DNA of 64,000 nucleotides from an uncultured Candidatus Saccharibacteria bacterium (GCA_964387275.1 CAYLVW010000003.1:45796-109795), one strand, 5' to 3'. Positions 29,547-42,594 are shown, numbered from the stretch's first letter. Numbers and translations: made by a program. Notes: generated by a model from the letters alone, not told the origin.

Positions 29547-30212
29547 ATGTTAGGTACAATATTAATCTACGGAGGAACTATAGAAGAAAGAATAGGAAAG
29601 GGAAAAACCTACATAAGTGAATTAAAAATACCTTTAACCCCCAACCCAGATCTATTTATACTAGAAAATGAACCAGATAAAAAAAGCATCGGAATTAAGG
29701 AAACCAAGAATGCAATTGGTTGGCTTGTAGATAGGCCCTTTTCGGCGCCACACAAAGCCTTACTAATTCCCCAAGCTGAAAAACTAACACTTGATGCACA
29801 AAATTCTTTACTCAAAACCCTCGAAGAGCCTCCAACCAAAACCTTAATAGTGCTTTGTACAAAAAGAGAAGAAGACCTAATACAAACTGTTATATCAAGA
29901 AGTAGAAAAATTGCGCTTACTAAAACCAATAACAGCAACACACCAGATATTGACGGGGTTAGCTTTAAAGAAGTACTAAAAATGGATTTGGCTACTAAAT
30001 TAGAAAAATCGACTGAACTTGCAAAATTGGAAAGGTCAGAAATTGTAGATCTTCTAACAAACTGGGAAAATGAAATACATGATAATCTCCTAAGTATTGA
30101 AACTTCTTCACTAATAAATTCGTATAATATTATTAGAGAAGTTAGAATTGATCTGGAGAAAACAAATGTCAGTATTAAGTTTGGTTTGGACTATCTAATG
30201 ACCCAAATCTAA
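29547..30212 (+). CDS. holB: DNA polymerase III delta'-like clamp-loader subunit (short form)
   Basis: 'LLKTLEEPP' clamp-loader signature. Only 221 aa. Confidence 0.6.
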   Translation: MLGTILIYGGTIEERIGKGKTYISELKIPLTPNPDLFILENEPDKKSIGIKETKNAIGWLVDRPFSAPHKALLIPQAEKLTLDAQNSLLKTLEEPPTKTLIVLCTKREEDLIQTVISRSRKIALTKTNNSNTPDIDGVSFKEVLKMDLATKLEKSTELAKLERSEIVDLLTNWENEIHDNLLSIETSSLINSYNIIREVRIDLEKTNVSIKFGLDYLMTQI

Positions 30213-30233
30213 TGACAAACATTACAATTTTAG

Positions 30234-32240
<2,007 letters not shown>

Positions 32241-32336
32241 TTTACGTGTATTTTCTTTTTTAACATTAAAATAGCTAGCAGGTTACAAGTAATGTGTTAG
32301 CCTATATTTGAATCTTTGTTGGTTTGAATATGATTT

Positions 32337-32388
32337 GGGCGGGCGGGTTGAGGTGGATTATTTTTTACCACTACAGACCCGCCCGCCC
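32337..32388. terminator. Strong GC hairpin (11-bp perfect stem gggcgggcggg/cccgcccgccc, 30-nt loop) between convergent genes
   Basis: Directly visible inverted repeat. Lies between gyrB and minus-strand ORF 32448-32915. The loop is unusually large for a terminator. Confidence 0.4.
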
Positions 32389-32447
32389 TATGAACCAAAC
32401 GAAAACCTAAACCAAAAAAACTAACTCAGACAACAACCTTACAAAAC

Positions 32448-32915
32448 CTAAATCAGATCTAAACCACTTCCCCTAAGATTAAGATGAGCAGGTTGGTACA
32501 ACTCGCCGAAAGCTAGATCCTCACACCCACTAGGATATCTATCACTGCATGCCCAAAGCTTGTAGCTTCTTGCATTACTATAATCATAGAAACAACCACC
32601 TCGTTCATTCGTAGCCACAATTCCAACATAAAAATCGAAAATATCTCTAGGCAAAGTAAACATGACGCTCGTCTTTATGCTACCGTTATACCCAAGATAC
32701 TCTACAACATGATGTATTTCAAAAACCAAAATATCCTTCCTAGTTCCAGGAATAGAAATGCGACTATTAAGCTTAGGTTGCATATCAGCTTCACTAAGTT
32801 CGGGGCTAGGATCAAATCTTGTAGCAAGTAGCCTGAGCCAATTAAAAGGAAGCCTAGATCTATAAGAAGCGGGCTCTGCCGTAAAAATACGATTAGGTTG
32901 CCGTGACAGAGCCAT
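32448..32915 (-). CDS. Hypothetical protein
   Basis: 155-aa ORF with no recognisable motif and somewhat higher GC. Confidence 0.35.
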   Translation of the reverse strand: MALSRQPNRIFTAEPASYRSRLPFNWLRLLATRFDPSPELSEADMQPKLNSRISIPGTRKDILVFEIHHVVEYLGYNGSIKTSVMFTLPRDIFDFYVGIVATNERGGCFYDYSNARSYKLWACSDRYPSGCEDLAFGELYQPAHLNLRGSGLDLI

Positions 32916-33079
32916 TAGAGCCTCCCAGCACGGTTGAAAAGACTAAACAAACCTTCAATGAAACATCTGACAAACACCTGAACCATTGTAGCTCCTTTGC
33001 AAATGGGCGAATCATCCCACCAGCAGCTTACAATTCTACCAACTTGAATAACAAAAGCCAAATCTGGTAGACTGCATCA

Positions 33080-34033
33080 ATGAAAATATACACAATAGGG
33101 CATTTATCTCCAGATCTAGATGCAATAACCTCAGCTGTTGCATATGCAGAGTATTTAACAGTTTCTAAAAAATATAATGATGCTGTCGTAACACCATTAA
33201 GGCCAGGTAGCCCAAATAAAGAAGTGGACTATATTTTCAACAAATTCGGGCTAGCCATACCAAAACACATTGAAGAGGTGGAAATACTACCTGAAGACAA
33301 AATAATTCTGGCTGATCACAACGAACAAGCACAAAGACATCCAAAAATTAATCCCGAGCAAATTATGGAGATTGTTGACCACCATAAGATTAACGTAAGC
33401 TTCAACAATCCTATAAAAGTAGACATTAGGCCCATAGGCGCAACTGCAACAATAGTTTCTGACTATTTTGAGTTACTTAAAATATCCCCAACCCCACAAT
33501 TAGCGTCAGCAATGGTGTGTGCAATTTTGTCAGATACATTGGGCTTAAAAGCAGCCACAACAACAGAAACAGACATTAGAGCAGTAGAAAAGCTTACAAA
33601 AAACTTTAACTTAACTGTAGACGAGCTTATTTTTGATGTATTCAAAGCTAAATCAGACTTAAGCGGGATGTCATTTGTTGAGATAGTAAAAAAAGATTAT
33701 AAAATGTTTGAGTTTTCAGGCAAAAAGGTCTTTATTGGTGGTATTGAGACTGTAGAACCAGAAAAAGTTCTAGAATCAAAACAAGATCTAGTTACTGCAC
33801 TTGGGGAAGTAAAAAAAGAACTAGGAGCTGATCTTGGGTTTATATTTGTATCAGATATTCTAAAAATATACTCAATTGGTATATATCAAAGTGATGATGA
33901 AAGAACAGTTTTAAATAAAGCTTTTAATGTAGATGCGGGGGATTTCTCAATTCATGTGGGTCCTATAACCTCAAGAAAAAAAGATATAGCCCCAGCTATT
34001 GAAAAAGCCTTAATCCTAAGCACGATTAGATAA
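33080..34033 (+). CDS. ppaC: DHH/DHHA2 family II (Mn-dependent) inorganic pyrophosphatase
   Basis: 'GHLSPDLDAITSAVAYA', 'LADHNE' and 'VDHHK' DHH motifs with a C-terminal DHHA2 region. About 317 aa. Confidence 0.75.
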   Translation: MKIYTIGHLSPDLDAITSAVAYAEYLTVSKKYNDAVVTPLRPGSPNKEVDYIFNKFGLAIPKHIEEVEILPEDKIILADHNEQAQRHPKINPEQIMEIVDHHKINVSFNNPIKVDIRPIGATATIVSDYFELLKISPTPQLASAMVCAILSDTLGLKAATTTETDIRAVEKLTKNFNLTVDELIFDVFKAKSDLSGMSFVEIVKKDYKMFEFSGKKVFIGGIETVEPEKVLESKQDLVTALGEVKKELGADLGFIFVSDILKIYSIGIYQSDDERTVLNKAFNVDAGDFSIHVGPITSRKKDIAPAIEKALILSTIR

Positions 34034-34091
34034 AAAAGTTTCTAATATTTCATTGAAACACCAATAAAAAGCTGATAATATATTCAGGCAT

Positions 34092-36722
34092 ATGGCATCA
34101 AAAAATAAAGAAATTCGACCATTTGAACAAGACAACCCAGATGGGATTATAAACTCCGATATTACATCAGAAATGCAATCAGCATATCTTGATTACGCTA
34201 TGTCAGTTATTGTTTCAAGAGCACTTCCTGATGTAAGAGACGGTCTAAAGCCTGTTCATAGAAGAATCATATATGCCATGCAGGAACACAACATGATACA
34301 CACAGGTAAGTTCCATAAGTCTGCAACAGTTGTTGGTAATGTAATGAGTAAATACCACCCACACGGAGATGTTGCTATTTATGATTCTCTGGTTAGAATG
34401 GCCCAAGACTTTACACTTAGATACCCACTAGTAATTCCACAAGGTAACTTTGGTAGCATCGACGGAGACCCAGCAGCTGCGATGAGATATACAGAGTGTA
34501 AATTAGCCCAAGTATCCGAAAAACTATATGCAGATATAGACAAAGATACAGTTGATGTAGAACTAAATGACTTGCAAAATGAAGAACCAAGATTTCTCCC
34601 ATCAGTTCTACCAAATTTGTTATTAAACGGGTCCTCTGGTATTGCAGTTGGTATGGCCACTAATATACCGCCACATAACTTAGGTGAAGTTGTAGATGGG
34701 TTAATTCATACCATGGATAATGCAGAAACATTGGGCAATGAAAAAGACATCTACGAAGTAGAACTAAACTTAAACTTTAACAAAAACAGAGAGAAAAAAA
34801 TCGGAGATACAGTAAGAGTTGTAAAAACCGAATTTTCGTCGTCAGCATCAGTAGAAGACCTGATTAATCATATAAAAGGACCGGACTTCCCAACTGGTGG
34901 AATAATATACGATCAAAAAGAAATCATTCAAATGTATGCAACAGGCAAGGGAAGAGTAGTAACCAGAGCAAAAATGGAAATAGAAGAATCTAAAACAGGT
35001 AAAACAAAGATCATAGTCACGGAAATCCCATACCAAGTTAATAAAGCTACCCTCATAGGTAAAATTGCAGACCTAGCAAGAGAGAAAAAAATAGACGGGA
35101 TATATGACCTCAGAGATGAGTCAAATAGAGAGGGTATGAGAATAATGATTGAGCTTAAAAAAGAAGCTATAGCAAAAAAAGTACAGAATCAACTCTACAA
35201 ATATACACAGCTTCAAAACACATTTAATGCAAACATGGTAGCTCTTCTGGATAATGAACCACTATTGATGCCTCTAAAAATGATGTTAGAGGAATTTATA
35301 AAGCATCGACAAAAAATCGTTGTCAGAAGAACCATTTTTGATCTTAGAAAATATAAAGAAAGGGAACACATTTTAGCAGGCCTTAAAAAAGCCCTGGATC
35401 ATCTGGACGAAATAATAAAACTTATTAGAGGCTCAAAAGATGCAGAAACTGCAAAAATAGGCTTAATAGAAAAATTTGATTTCACGGAAATACAAGCACA
35501 AGCAATCTTAGACATGCAACTTAGAAAACTTGCTGCTTTGGAGAGAAAAAAGATTGAAGATGAACTTGAGGAAATTACGAAAACCATAAAAGGTTTAGAA
35601 GCTCTACTAATATCACCAAAAAAGATTGCAGAAACAATAAAATCAGAACTTTTGGCTTTAAAAGAACAATATGGCGATGAAAGAAAAACAAAAGTAATCA
35701 AGGGTAAGGTAGGTGAACTATCTGATGAAGATTTAATAGTTGATGAAGCCTGTATTCTTACAATATCAGACAACGGATATATTAAAAGATTAAAAGAGGA
35801 TACATATAAAAAGCAGGGAAGAGGAGGTAAGGGTGTTACAGGCCAAACACTAAAAGAAGAGGATGAGGTTTCTATGCTACGAACCTGCAGAACCCATGAC
35901 TATGCGTTGTTTTTCACCAACCTAGGAAAAGCCTATAAATTAAGAGTTTGGGAAATAGCAGAGTCTTCTAGAACCGCAAAAGGCACGGCTCTTGTGAATT
36001 ACCTAAATATCCAAAAAGAAGAAAAAGTAGAATCGCTTCTTACCCTAACTCCTGAAGAATTTGAAAGCAGCAAAGGATATGTATTCTTCGGAACTCAAAA
36101 AGGTAATGTTAAAAAAACAAGCCTAGAGGAGTTCGCCAATATTAGAGCCTCTGGTATTATTGCAATAAAACTAGACGCAAATGACAGCTTAGTCTGGGCC
36201 CAAGTATCTTCGGGATCTGATACAGTACTTCTTACAACAGCACAAGGTCAGTCTATAAGATTCACTGAAAAAGATGTAAGACCTATGGGTAGAGCAGCAG
36301 CAGGTGTAATTGGAGTAAAACTCGCAAAAAGAGACGACAGGGTAGTTGGCATGGTTGTAATACCACAAAAATTAGGAAACCTCGATCTTATTACAGTAAC
36401 CGAATTGGGTTACGGTAAAAAAACCAAACTAGCTGAGTACAAAGTACAGGGAAGGGGCGGATCAGGTATACAAACCCATAAAGTCAATGATAAAACAGGG
36501 GAGCTTGTAAACGCCAAAACTCAAGATGAAACTTCGACTGGGGATATATTAATTGCAACACTAACCGGAAAAGTGATAAGAATTACCAACAGCTCAATCC
36601 CACAACAAGGAAGAGCTACAAGTGGAGTCAGACTCATCAGACTAGAAGAAACAGATAAGGTAACATCGGTGGCCTTGATAGAAGAAATTGAATCTGCAGT
36701 AGATCCGGAATTAAACCCCTAG
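34092..36722 (+). CDS. gyrA: DNA gyrase subunit A
   Basis: '[23 protein letters not shown]' and active-site 'RYTE' region. C-terminal beta-pinwheel repeats. 876 aa. Confidence 0.95.
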   Translation: MASKNKEIRPFEQDNPDGIINSDITSEMQSAYLDYAMSVIVSRALPDVRDGLKPVHRRIIYAMQEHNMIHTGKFHKSATVVGNVMSKYHPHGDVAIYDSLVRMAQDFTLRYPLVIPQGNFGSIDGDPAAAMRYTECKLAQVSEKLYADIDKDTVDVELNDLQNEEPRFLPSVLPNLLLNGSSGIAVGMATNIPPHNLGEVVDGLIHTMDNAETLGNEKDIYEVELNLNFNKNREKKIGDTVRVVKTEFSSSASVEDLINHIKGPDFPTGGIIYDQKEIIQMYATGKGRVVTRAKMEIEESKTGKTKIIVTEIPYQVNKATLIGKIADLAREKKIDGIYDLRDESNREGMRIMIELKKEAIAKKVQNQLYKYTQLQNTFNANMVALLDNEPLLMPLKMMLEEFIKHRQKIVVRRTIFDLRKYKEREHILAGLKKALDHLDEIIKLIRGSKDAETAKIGLIEKFDFTEIQAQAILDMQLRKLAALERKKIEDELEEITKTIKGLEALLISPKKIAETIKSELLALKEQYGDERKTKVIKGKVGELSDEDLIVDEACILTISDNGYIKRLKEDTYKKQGRGGKGVTGQTLKEEDEVSMLRTCRTHDYALFFTNLGKAYKLRVWEIAESSRTAKGTALVNYLNIQKEEKVESLLTLTPEEFESSKGYVFFGTQKGNVKKTSLEEFANIRASGIIAIKLDANDSLVWAQVSSGSDTVLLTTAQGQSIRFTEKDVRPMGRAAAGVIGVKLAKRDDRVVGMVVIPQKLGNLDLITVTELGYGKKTKLAEYKVQGRGGSGIQTHKVNDKTGELVNAKTQDETSTGDILIATLTGKVIRITNSSIPQQGRATSGVRLIRLEETDKVTSVALIEEIESAVDPELNP

Positions 36723-36827
36723 CTTTTCGTAAATAAACTGTGAACTGATTAGTCTACCTCACCTTTTTTCTTATAGGTAATGGTCAATATGCACACCAAC
36801 ATGGTTAAAATCCGTGTTTCACCTGCC

Positions 36828-36874
36828 ACGAAAATAAAAAGTACCCACACCTCAGTTCAAACCTTAGTGTGGGT
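36828..36874 (-). terminator. Rho-independent terminator of ORFan P1
   Basis: Stem 'acccacac'/'gtgtgggt' followed on the minus strand by 'ttttatttt'. Confidence 0.5.
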
Positions 36875-36883
36875 ATTAAAAAG

Positions 36884-37288
36884 CTAATAACTCAAATCGC
36901 GTAAAAACCCCTCTACGTTATCCAACCAAGACTGATCCCCAGTTCTTACAACCTCAGCGTATTTCTTATCAAAAAGTTCCCTAATGTAGCTCTCACTTGC
37001 ACTAATATATACATAAATATTATCTCTAAGAAGAGCACTAAGGGCGGGCAAAGTTTCATTGTAGAAATGTTTGAGATTATTTCTTGAATCACTAACTCCT
37101 ATATATGGATAATCGTGAACTTTATAGATATGTAATCCATACTCAATACCTTTGTATTCAACAAATAAAACGTTGCACTTCGCACCTGATCTGCACAACA
37201 CACCTCTAATTGAAACCCTACCACTACGTAAGCCTTCAACAAGAGTTCTTAGCAGTGCATAGTCATATTCGGTGATACGTGCCGACAT
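36884..37288 (-). CDS. ORFan P1 (island 1)
   Basis: 134 aa with no known motif and its own terminator. Possible weak similarity to P2 (58659-59084). Confidence 0.5.
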   Translation of the reverse strand: MSARITEYDYALLRTLVEGLRSGRVSIRGVLCRSGAKCNVLFVEYKGIEYGLHIYKVHDYPYIGVSDSRNNLKHFYNETLPALSALLRDNIYVYISASESYIRELFDKKYAEVVRTGDQSWLDNVEGFLRDLSY

Positions 37289-37427
37289 CTTGCCTCCTCT
37301 TTCCGTAGACTTTGGAAATACTAACTTACACTACTACAAATGTCAAAATCAAAACCAGGGCTATAAAATGCTGGGTTGTGCATAGCCTATATTTCTAAAC
37401 TTATGCCTCTCCACGCTGTTGCCTTAC

Positions 37428-37470
37428 AAAAAAGGGCTCCATAAATACCAAACGGCACTATATGGAGCCC
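37428..37470 (-). terminator. Rho-independent terminator of ORFan P3
   Basis: Perfect 10-bp stem 'gggctccata'/'tatggagccc' with a T6 run on the minus strand. Confidence 0.6.
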
Positions 37471-37508
37471 AAATAAACTATTACTTCTCTCTACTTCACA
37501 AAAAAACC

Positions 37509-37949
37509 TTACTCATCGTTAGTTGAAAGCAAAAACTCAGCAAGATTAAAACGAAACCGCCGGTTAGTAGCGAGTCTCTTCTTTGTTTGTACAGCAACAG
37601 CAGCCTTAAACTTCCTAAGAATTGAAACAAAAATATCAGGATATCTTGTCAATTCAAAGTCATATAAAGCCATATCCCGCAACTTTTCTACACAAAGATC
37701 TCCGGTGACAATCCCCGTACCTTGCCTATCAACAATGGCAACCTTAAGAGTGTCTGGACAATTACGAACATTAGTAATAGTAATTTTCCTGTATCTATCA
37801 AGAACCACAAGAATATACCCATCCGGGTTTGTAATAGTATCGGTCTCAACTACATGCAGTTCTGTAGACTTCAGACCTTTAATTACATCAAAAACGTAAT
37901 CCAGCAACTCAAATACCTGTCTATTTGTAGCAACATACAGACCGTGCAT
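37509..37949 (-). CDS. ORFan P3 (island 1), homolog of P4
   Basis: Shares 'TNPDGYILVVLDRYRKI' with P4 'TNPDLGIVEQVLDRRFKV', and 'FDV' upstream. Confidence 0.5.
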   Translation of the reverse strand: MHGLYVATNRQVFELLDYVFDVIKGLKSTELHVVETDTITNPDGYILVVLDRYRKITITNVRNCPDTLKVAIVDRQGTGIVTGDLCVEKLRDMALYDFELTRYPDIFVSILRKFKAAVAVQTKKRLATNRRFRFNLAEFLLSTNDE

Positions 37950-37992
37950 TTGTTTTTCTCCTGCTTGAAAGACTCTTTATCTACTGAGTCAA

Positions 37993-38448
37993 TTACTCTG
38001 TAAAGCTCCTAAGAAGTTCTTTAAGCCACCTATCAATACCAAAGTGTTCACGAAGCCCATCTGCTCCGTATTTATGGTCCAACGCTGACGCAATAATACT
38101 AGTAACACTCTCGTATAGTTCGTTGAAATCGTTATTCTCAGCATATGTCAACCTCTTACCGTTATAAACCTCAATAAGTACCGGCTCTCTACTTACTCTA
38201 TTACCATATACTGTAATAGTAAGCTCAGAGCTTGTATTAGCATCAATCTCAGGTCTATAAATTACTTGAATTGAGGTATCGTTGGAACCTAGCAAGGTAA
38301 AAATACAAATTCTATCCCTCTCCCTATATTCAAAATTAAAAGTGTTGCTAGCCAAGGCCTTGATACCAAGAGTCACAAGTAGGGTGTGTACCGTTTTAAG
38401 AAGATCAAATCTACCTTTAGTATTGAGTCTTCGGATACCGCTTGCCAT
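37993..38448 (-). CDS. ORFan P6 (island 1), probable homolog of P5
   Basis: Start moved to the MASGIRRL ATG. 'VYGNRVSREPVLIEVY' matches P5 'LVGEIKSRELGIVLRDLY'. Confidence 0.45.
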   Translation of the reverse strand: MASGIRRLNTKGRFDLLKTVHTLLVTLGIKALASNTFNFEYRERDRICIFTLLGSNDTSIQVIYRPEIDANTSSELTITVYGNRVSREPVLIEVYNGKRLTYAENNDFNELYESVTSIIASALDHKYGADGLREHFGIDRWLKELLRSFTE

Positions 38449-38507
38449 CTCGTCTCCTTTTCCACTATCGGTCAGAATTTTACTAGGAAATACTATATAA
38501 TGCAAAT

Positions 38508-39212
38508 GTGCTCGAATACGAAAAAAACCTGCTATCACAGCAAAAAATACATATAGCCGGTGTGGATGAGGTGGGTAGAGGCTGCCTGGCAGGTCCTATG
38601 GTGATAGCTGCAGTAATATTAGACCACAAACACATTGAGCAATTAACAAGTAGAAATAACGACGTCTCAAATGGTATGAAGGAATTAGACATTGGAATAG
38701 TTACTAAATATACCCAAATTAAAGATTCTAAGCAGATTAGCGACAAAAAGAGAAGGGAACTAGCAAAATTTATTAAACAAGCTGCAATTACGTACTCAAT
38801 TATAGAAATTAGTGCGTCAAATATTGATAAATACGGTATTTCTATGTGTACTAATTACGGGTTTCGTGAAGCTGTATCAAAACTCACCATACGACCCCTG
38901 CATATACTGACGGATGCATTTAAGATAACTGGAATAAATCCCAATATTCAAACAAATTTGGTAAAAGGCGATACAAAGTCCATATCTATAGCATCTGCAT
39001 CAATAATCGCAAAGGTATACAGAGATGATCTGATGATAAAACTCTCCCAAGATAATAACTATAGTATGTATGGTTTTGACAAGCACAAAGGGTATGGCAC
39101 TGCTCTGCATCTTTCAAAAATAAACGAACATGGATCCTCAGACATTCACAGAACAACTTTTGCCCCAATTTCCCACCTAATAACAAACTCTTACAAAAAG
39201 CCCACTAAGTAG
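38508..39212 (+). CDS. rnhB: Ribonuclease HII
   Basis: 'IAGVDEVGRGCLAGPMV' RNase HII N-terminal DEDD motif. Confidence 0.85.
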   Translation: MLEYEKNLLSQQKIHIAGVDEVGRGCLAGPMVIAAVILDHKHIEQLTSRNNDVSNGMKELDIGIVTKYTQIKDSKQISDKKRRELAKFIKQAAITYSIIEISASNIDKYGISMCTNYGFREAVSKLTIRPLHILTDAFKITGINPNIQTNLVKGDTKSISIASASIIAKVYRDDLMIKLSQDNNYSMYGFDKHKGYGTALHLSKINEHGSSDIHRTTFAPISHLITNSYKKPTK

Positions 39213-39246
39213 AGTATTACATATACTAACTAAGAATTTTTTTCTA

Positions 39247-40347
39247 TTGACCTCCAAATGTTCATTAGATAATATAAGGTACGTGACTGAACACGATTTT
39301 CCATTAGCTTTATCATATGACGACGTTTTGCTCGTCCCTTCATATTCCGAAATAACATCAAGGTCCCAAGTAAGCACTAAAACCAAACTATCAGAGAAGT
39401 TAACTTTAGAGATCCCGCTAATTTCAATAAATATGGATACTGTCACTGGTGTAGAAATGGCTATAAAAATGTCAGAACTGGGTGGGTTGGGTCTTATACC
39501 AAGATTTGATGCCCCAGGTATCCAAGCTGAAAAAGTGACTAAAGTTAAAAAAGCAGGTCAGCGTGTAGGTGCTGCTCTAGGTTGTAAGGAAGGTTTCCTG
39601 GAGAGAGCTGAGATTTTAGTAAACTCCGGCGCTGACCTACTGACAATTGATGTTGCTCATGGTCACATGAAAAAAGCCTTAGAAGCAACAAGTGATTTAA
39701 AAAACAGATTTGGAGATCTAATAACTATAATGTCAGGGGTTGTAGCTACATATGAAGGTGCCAAAGATCATTTTATGTATGGAGCTGATGTTGTGAGAGT
39801 AGGGGTAGGTCCGGGTACAATTTGTACTACTAGAGTTGAAACTGGTTTTGGGGTTCCACAAATTACAGCGATATCTGAGGCGGCTAGAGCTGCCAGGGAA
39901 GCTGGTAAGGTAATTGTGTCAGACGGAGGTGCTACTACTTCAGGGCACATAGTTAAAGCTCTAGCCGCCGGGGCATCTGCACATATAGCAGGATCTATAT
40001 ATGCAGGAACAGACGAAGCCCCAGGAGAGAAAGTGGAAATAGATGGAAAGATCTACAAAGAGTACAATGGTTCTACTTCCAAAAAAGAAAAGCTTAGACA
40101 AATAGAAAAGGATAACTCAGACAAAGATCACTCCTACGCAAAACATATAGAGGGAGTTGAAGCATTTGTTCCATACAAAGGCCCTGTCTCAGAAATAGTA
40201 GAGAAGTATGTCCATAACATCAGATCTGGTCTTAGTTATGCCGGCGCAGAAAATATACCGGATTTGTGGAAAAAGGCTAAATTTATTAGAATAACAGGTG
40301 CGGGTTTCAAGGAAAGCCAGGCTCACGACGTTGTACTAATAAGATAA
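39247..40347 (+). CDS. guaB: IMP dehydrogenase/GMP reductase family protein (no CBS pair)
   Basis: '[11 protein letters not shown]' and catalytic '[20 protein letters not shown]'. 366 aa with no CBS insert. Confidence 0.75.
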   Translation: MTSKCSLDNIRYVTEHDFPLALSYDDVLLVPSYSEITSRSQVSTKTKLSEKLTLEIPLISINMDTVTGVEMAIKMSELGGLGLIPRFDAPGIQAEKVTKVKKAGQRVGAALGCKEGFLERAEILVNSGADLLTIDVAHGHMKKALEATSDLKNRFGDLITIMSGVVATYEGAKDHFMYGADVVRVGVGPGTICTTRVETGFGVPQITAISEAARAAREAGKVIVSDGGATTSGHIVKALAAGASAHIAGSIYAGTDEAPGEKVEIDGKIYKEYNGSTSKKEKLRQIEKDNSDKDHSYAKHIEGVEAFVPYKGPVSEIVEKYVHNIRSGLSYAGAENIPDLWKKAKFIRITGAGFKESQAHDVVLIR

Positions 40348-40407
40348 GCGCCATACTGCCACTTTTACCTGTAATAACAGGCAAAACCTCAAACCCATAC
40401 AACATAT

Positions 40408-41457
40408 ATGAAAACTAATCAAAAATTATTCAGAATAGTTGCCTTTATAGTATTTGTGATACTACTGCTTGGGGTTCTTGGCATATTTTCATCAAGTCTA
40501 TTCTTCAAAATCCTGAACTTTATATGGATTTTCTTCATGATATGCGCAATTATCTTTATATTTCTAGGAATAATGGTCATTTTTGGACTTAGGAAAGAAG
40601 CTGAAAGAATTTTAGATTTTCTATTGGAGGGATCATTAACTATAGTAGACTTTGTCGAGTTCCTTAGAAAAATATGGAGGAAATTTCTTGCTTTACTTAA
40701 AGACTTCCTAACATACTTTATACCGTTTACAGCTGTGTTAATAACCATAGTTATTTATTTTGTACTCATTTATCTGTTTAAATATGTAGGTAAAACCTAT
40801 GATGTAACATACCTAGCTGTGGGTCTTACTATATTACTTATCACTGCGGTTAACTTTATTCCAGCTCAAAGTGAGGGAGATGAACTAGTTACCTGGTCTA
40901 AAATGGTATCAAACTCCTTTAAAAGTGTACTTAGAGATTCAATGGAACTAATGATTTTCGTTTTCTTCTTAACAATGGATAGCACAAACTTGTTCTTTAT
41001 TCCGGAAAGCTTAAATGTCCCACTTCACTCTGCAATTGGAACCTATGATCTTATGAAACGAGGGATAGTTTTTAAGGATCATACAGATGTAACTCTTACT
41101 TTGGTGATTGCAACAATTGGACTAGAGGTTTTCAGGTATTTTCTAAAATTAGCGAGACAAGCAATCATTTTCTATGAAAAATCTGCAATGGAACCATCAA
41201 TAAATAGATCATTATTAATTAAAGATTCAATAAGACTCAGTTTCTCAAACTCAAAGAGGGAAGTATTAAAGTTTATAACTTTCACCACCTTCCTTATCTC
41301 AGTTTTCTTACTATTTCCTAGGCTTAAGACCCTACTTATGGTGGTCACTAGTGTGAACCTGTTGATACTGGATCTCATAAAACCCGACCGTTTGGTTATA
41401 AAAAGCAGTTCTGATCTGATAAGCAGAATACTCGGAAAAATCTTTAGACTAAGTTAA
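40408..41457 (+). CDS. Hypothetical polytopic membrane protein
   Basis: At least 8 hydrophobic segments. No motif. Confidence 0.45.
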   Translation: MKTNQKLFRIVAFIVFVILLLGVLGIFSSSLFFKILNFIWIFFMICAIIFIFLGIMVIFGLRKEAERILDFLLEGSLTIVDFVEFLRKIWRKFLALLKDFLTYFIPFTAVLITIVIYFVLIYLFKYVGKTYDVTYLAVGLTILLITAVNFIPAQSEGDELVTWSKMVSNSFKSVLRDSMELMIFVFFLTMDSTNLFFIPESLNVPLHSAIGTYDLMKRGIVFKDHTDVTLTLVIATIGLEVFRYFLKLARQAIIFYEKSAMEPSINRSLLIKDSIRLSFSNSKREVLKFITFTTFLISVFLLFPRLKTLLMVVTSVNLLILDLIKPDRLVIKSSSDLISRILGKIFRLS

Positions 41458-41524
41458 AAAATATCCAATAAACTTTTTATATGATACTGTTTACATTTAA
41501 CCCGCAGCAGAGGCTTATTTATAG

Positions 41525-42508
41525 TCACTCATCATCATTAAAATCCTCACTATCTATTTCTTTATGAAATTTCTCATGTATGTCCTTTAACTGTTTGTTA
41601 GTGACATGGGTATAAATTTGGGTTGTTGATACATTTGAGTGACCTAATAACTCCTGGACAGAGCGCAAATCAGCCCCATTTCGCAGTAAATCCGTTGCAA
41701 AAGAGTGCCTCAGTGTATGCGGAGTTGCATCAACACTTATACCCGCTCTTAATGTATATTTCTTAACAAGTCTTTGAACACTTCTGACAGTAAGCCTCAG
41801 GGATTCACCCTCAAAATCTTCAGGCTCCATATGCTTACCACTATATCTAAGAAATAGAGGATCAAAACTGTCTATTCTGGTACCTAAATATCTTTTTAAC
41901 CAGCTCCTAGCACTTTCTCCTAAAAACACCATTCTTGCCTTACGACCTTTACCAATTACTGTAAACTCACCAGTATTTAAATTAATATCGCCTTTATTTA
42001 GCTTTACCAACTCACTTACTCGAAGACCAGTTGTAAAAAGTGTCTCTAAGATCGCCCTATCTCTTAAACCAGATTTTTTGTTTAAATCTTGCACTTCAAA
42101 TAATCTCTTCAGTTGATCATTGTCCAGTACTTTAGGGACCCTGTCTTCCATTTTCCCAAGAATAATCTGATCCGGGGAAATTACCTCAATTTTTTCTTCT
42201 ACCAGCAAATATTTTAAAAAAGCTCTTGCAGCAACCAAAAAAGTTTTTTGAGTAGTTCTTTTAAACTCGGTGTTAAATTTTTTGCTTTTGCGCCTGTTTA
42301 AATCCAATCTGTATTTCCTGATTAATTCTTCGCTTAAATCCTTGGCAGTTAACTTGTCCTTACTAAGCTGAGCAGAGCACCAGTCTAACATGTCAGTAAG
42401 ATAAAAGTGGTACATTTTTATGGTATTTTGAGACAAGTTTTTTTCAATCTCACAATGCTCTAAATATCTAATTAAAAGGTCGTGAAGGGTTTTTCCAGAT
42501 TGTGGCAT
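41525..42508 (-). CDS. Tyrosine site-specific recombinase (XerC/XerD family)
   Basis: C-terminal 'HTLRHSFATDLLRNGADLRSVQELLGHSNVSTTQIYTHV' (R..H..R..Y catalytic signature). Start set at the MPQSGKTLHD ATG. Confidence 0.85.
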   Translation of the reverse strand: MPQSGKTLHDLLIRYLEHCEIEKNLSQNTIKMYHFYLTDMLDWCSAQLSKDKLTAKDLSEELIRKYRLDLNRRKSKKFNTEFKRTTQKTFLVAARAFLKYLLVEEKIEVISPDQIILGKMEDRVPKVLDNDQLKRLFEVQDLNKKSGLRDRAILETLFTTGLRVSELVKLNKGDINLNTGEFTVIGKGRKARMVFLGESARSWLKRYLGTRIDSFDPLFLRYSGKHMEPEDFEGESLRLTVRSVQRLVKKYTLRAGISVDATPHTLRHSFATDLLRNGADLRSVQELLGHSNVSTTQIYTHVTNKQLKDIHEKFHKEIDSEDFNDDE

Positions 42509-42530
42509 AACATATATGTTAACAGATATT

Positions 42531-42560
42531 TGTATGGAGTTTAACGACATTAATTTATAA
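42531..42560. repeat. Direct repeat copy A (overlaps the xer 5' end and upstream)
   Basis: 'tgtatggagtttaacgacattaatttataa' against copy B 'tgtatgtttaacgacattgaattacat'. Confidence 0.6.
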
Positions 42561-42594
42561 TTATAAATCGATTTTGGTGGCTGTGGATTGAATT

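Noticed and set aside
36723-36800. Possible terminator after gyrA ('gtgaactgattagtctacctcacctttttt').
   Set aside because: Only a 4-bp stem with mismatches precedes the T-run, which is too weak to annotate. gyrA transcription may instead end at the strong P1 hairpin region further downstream.
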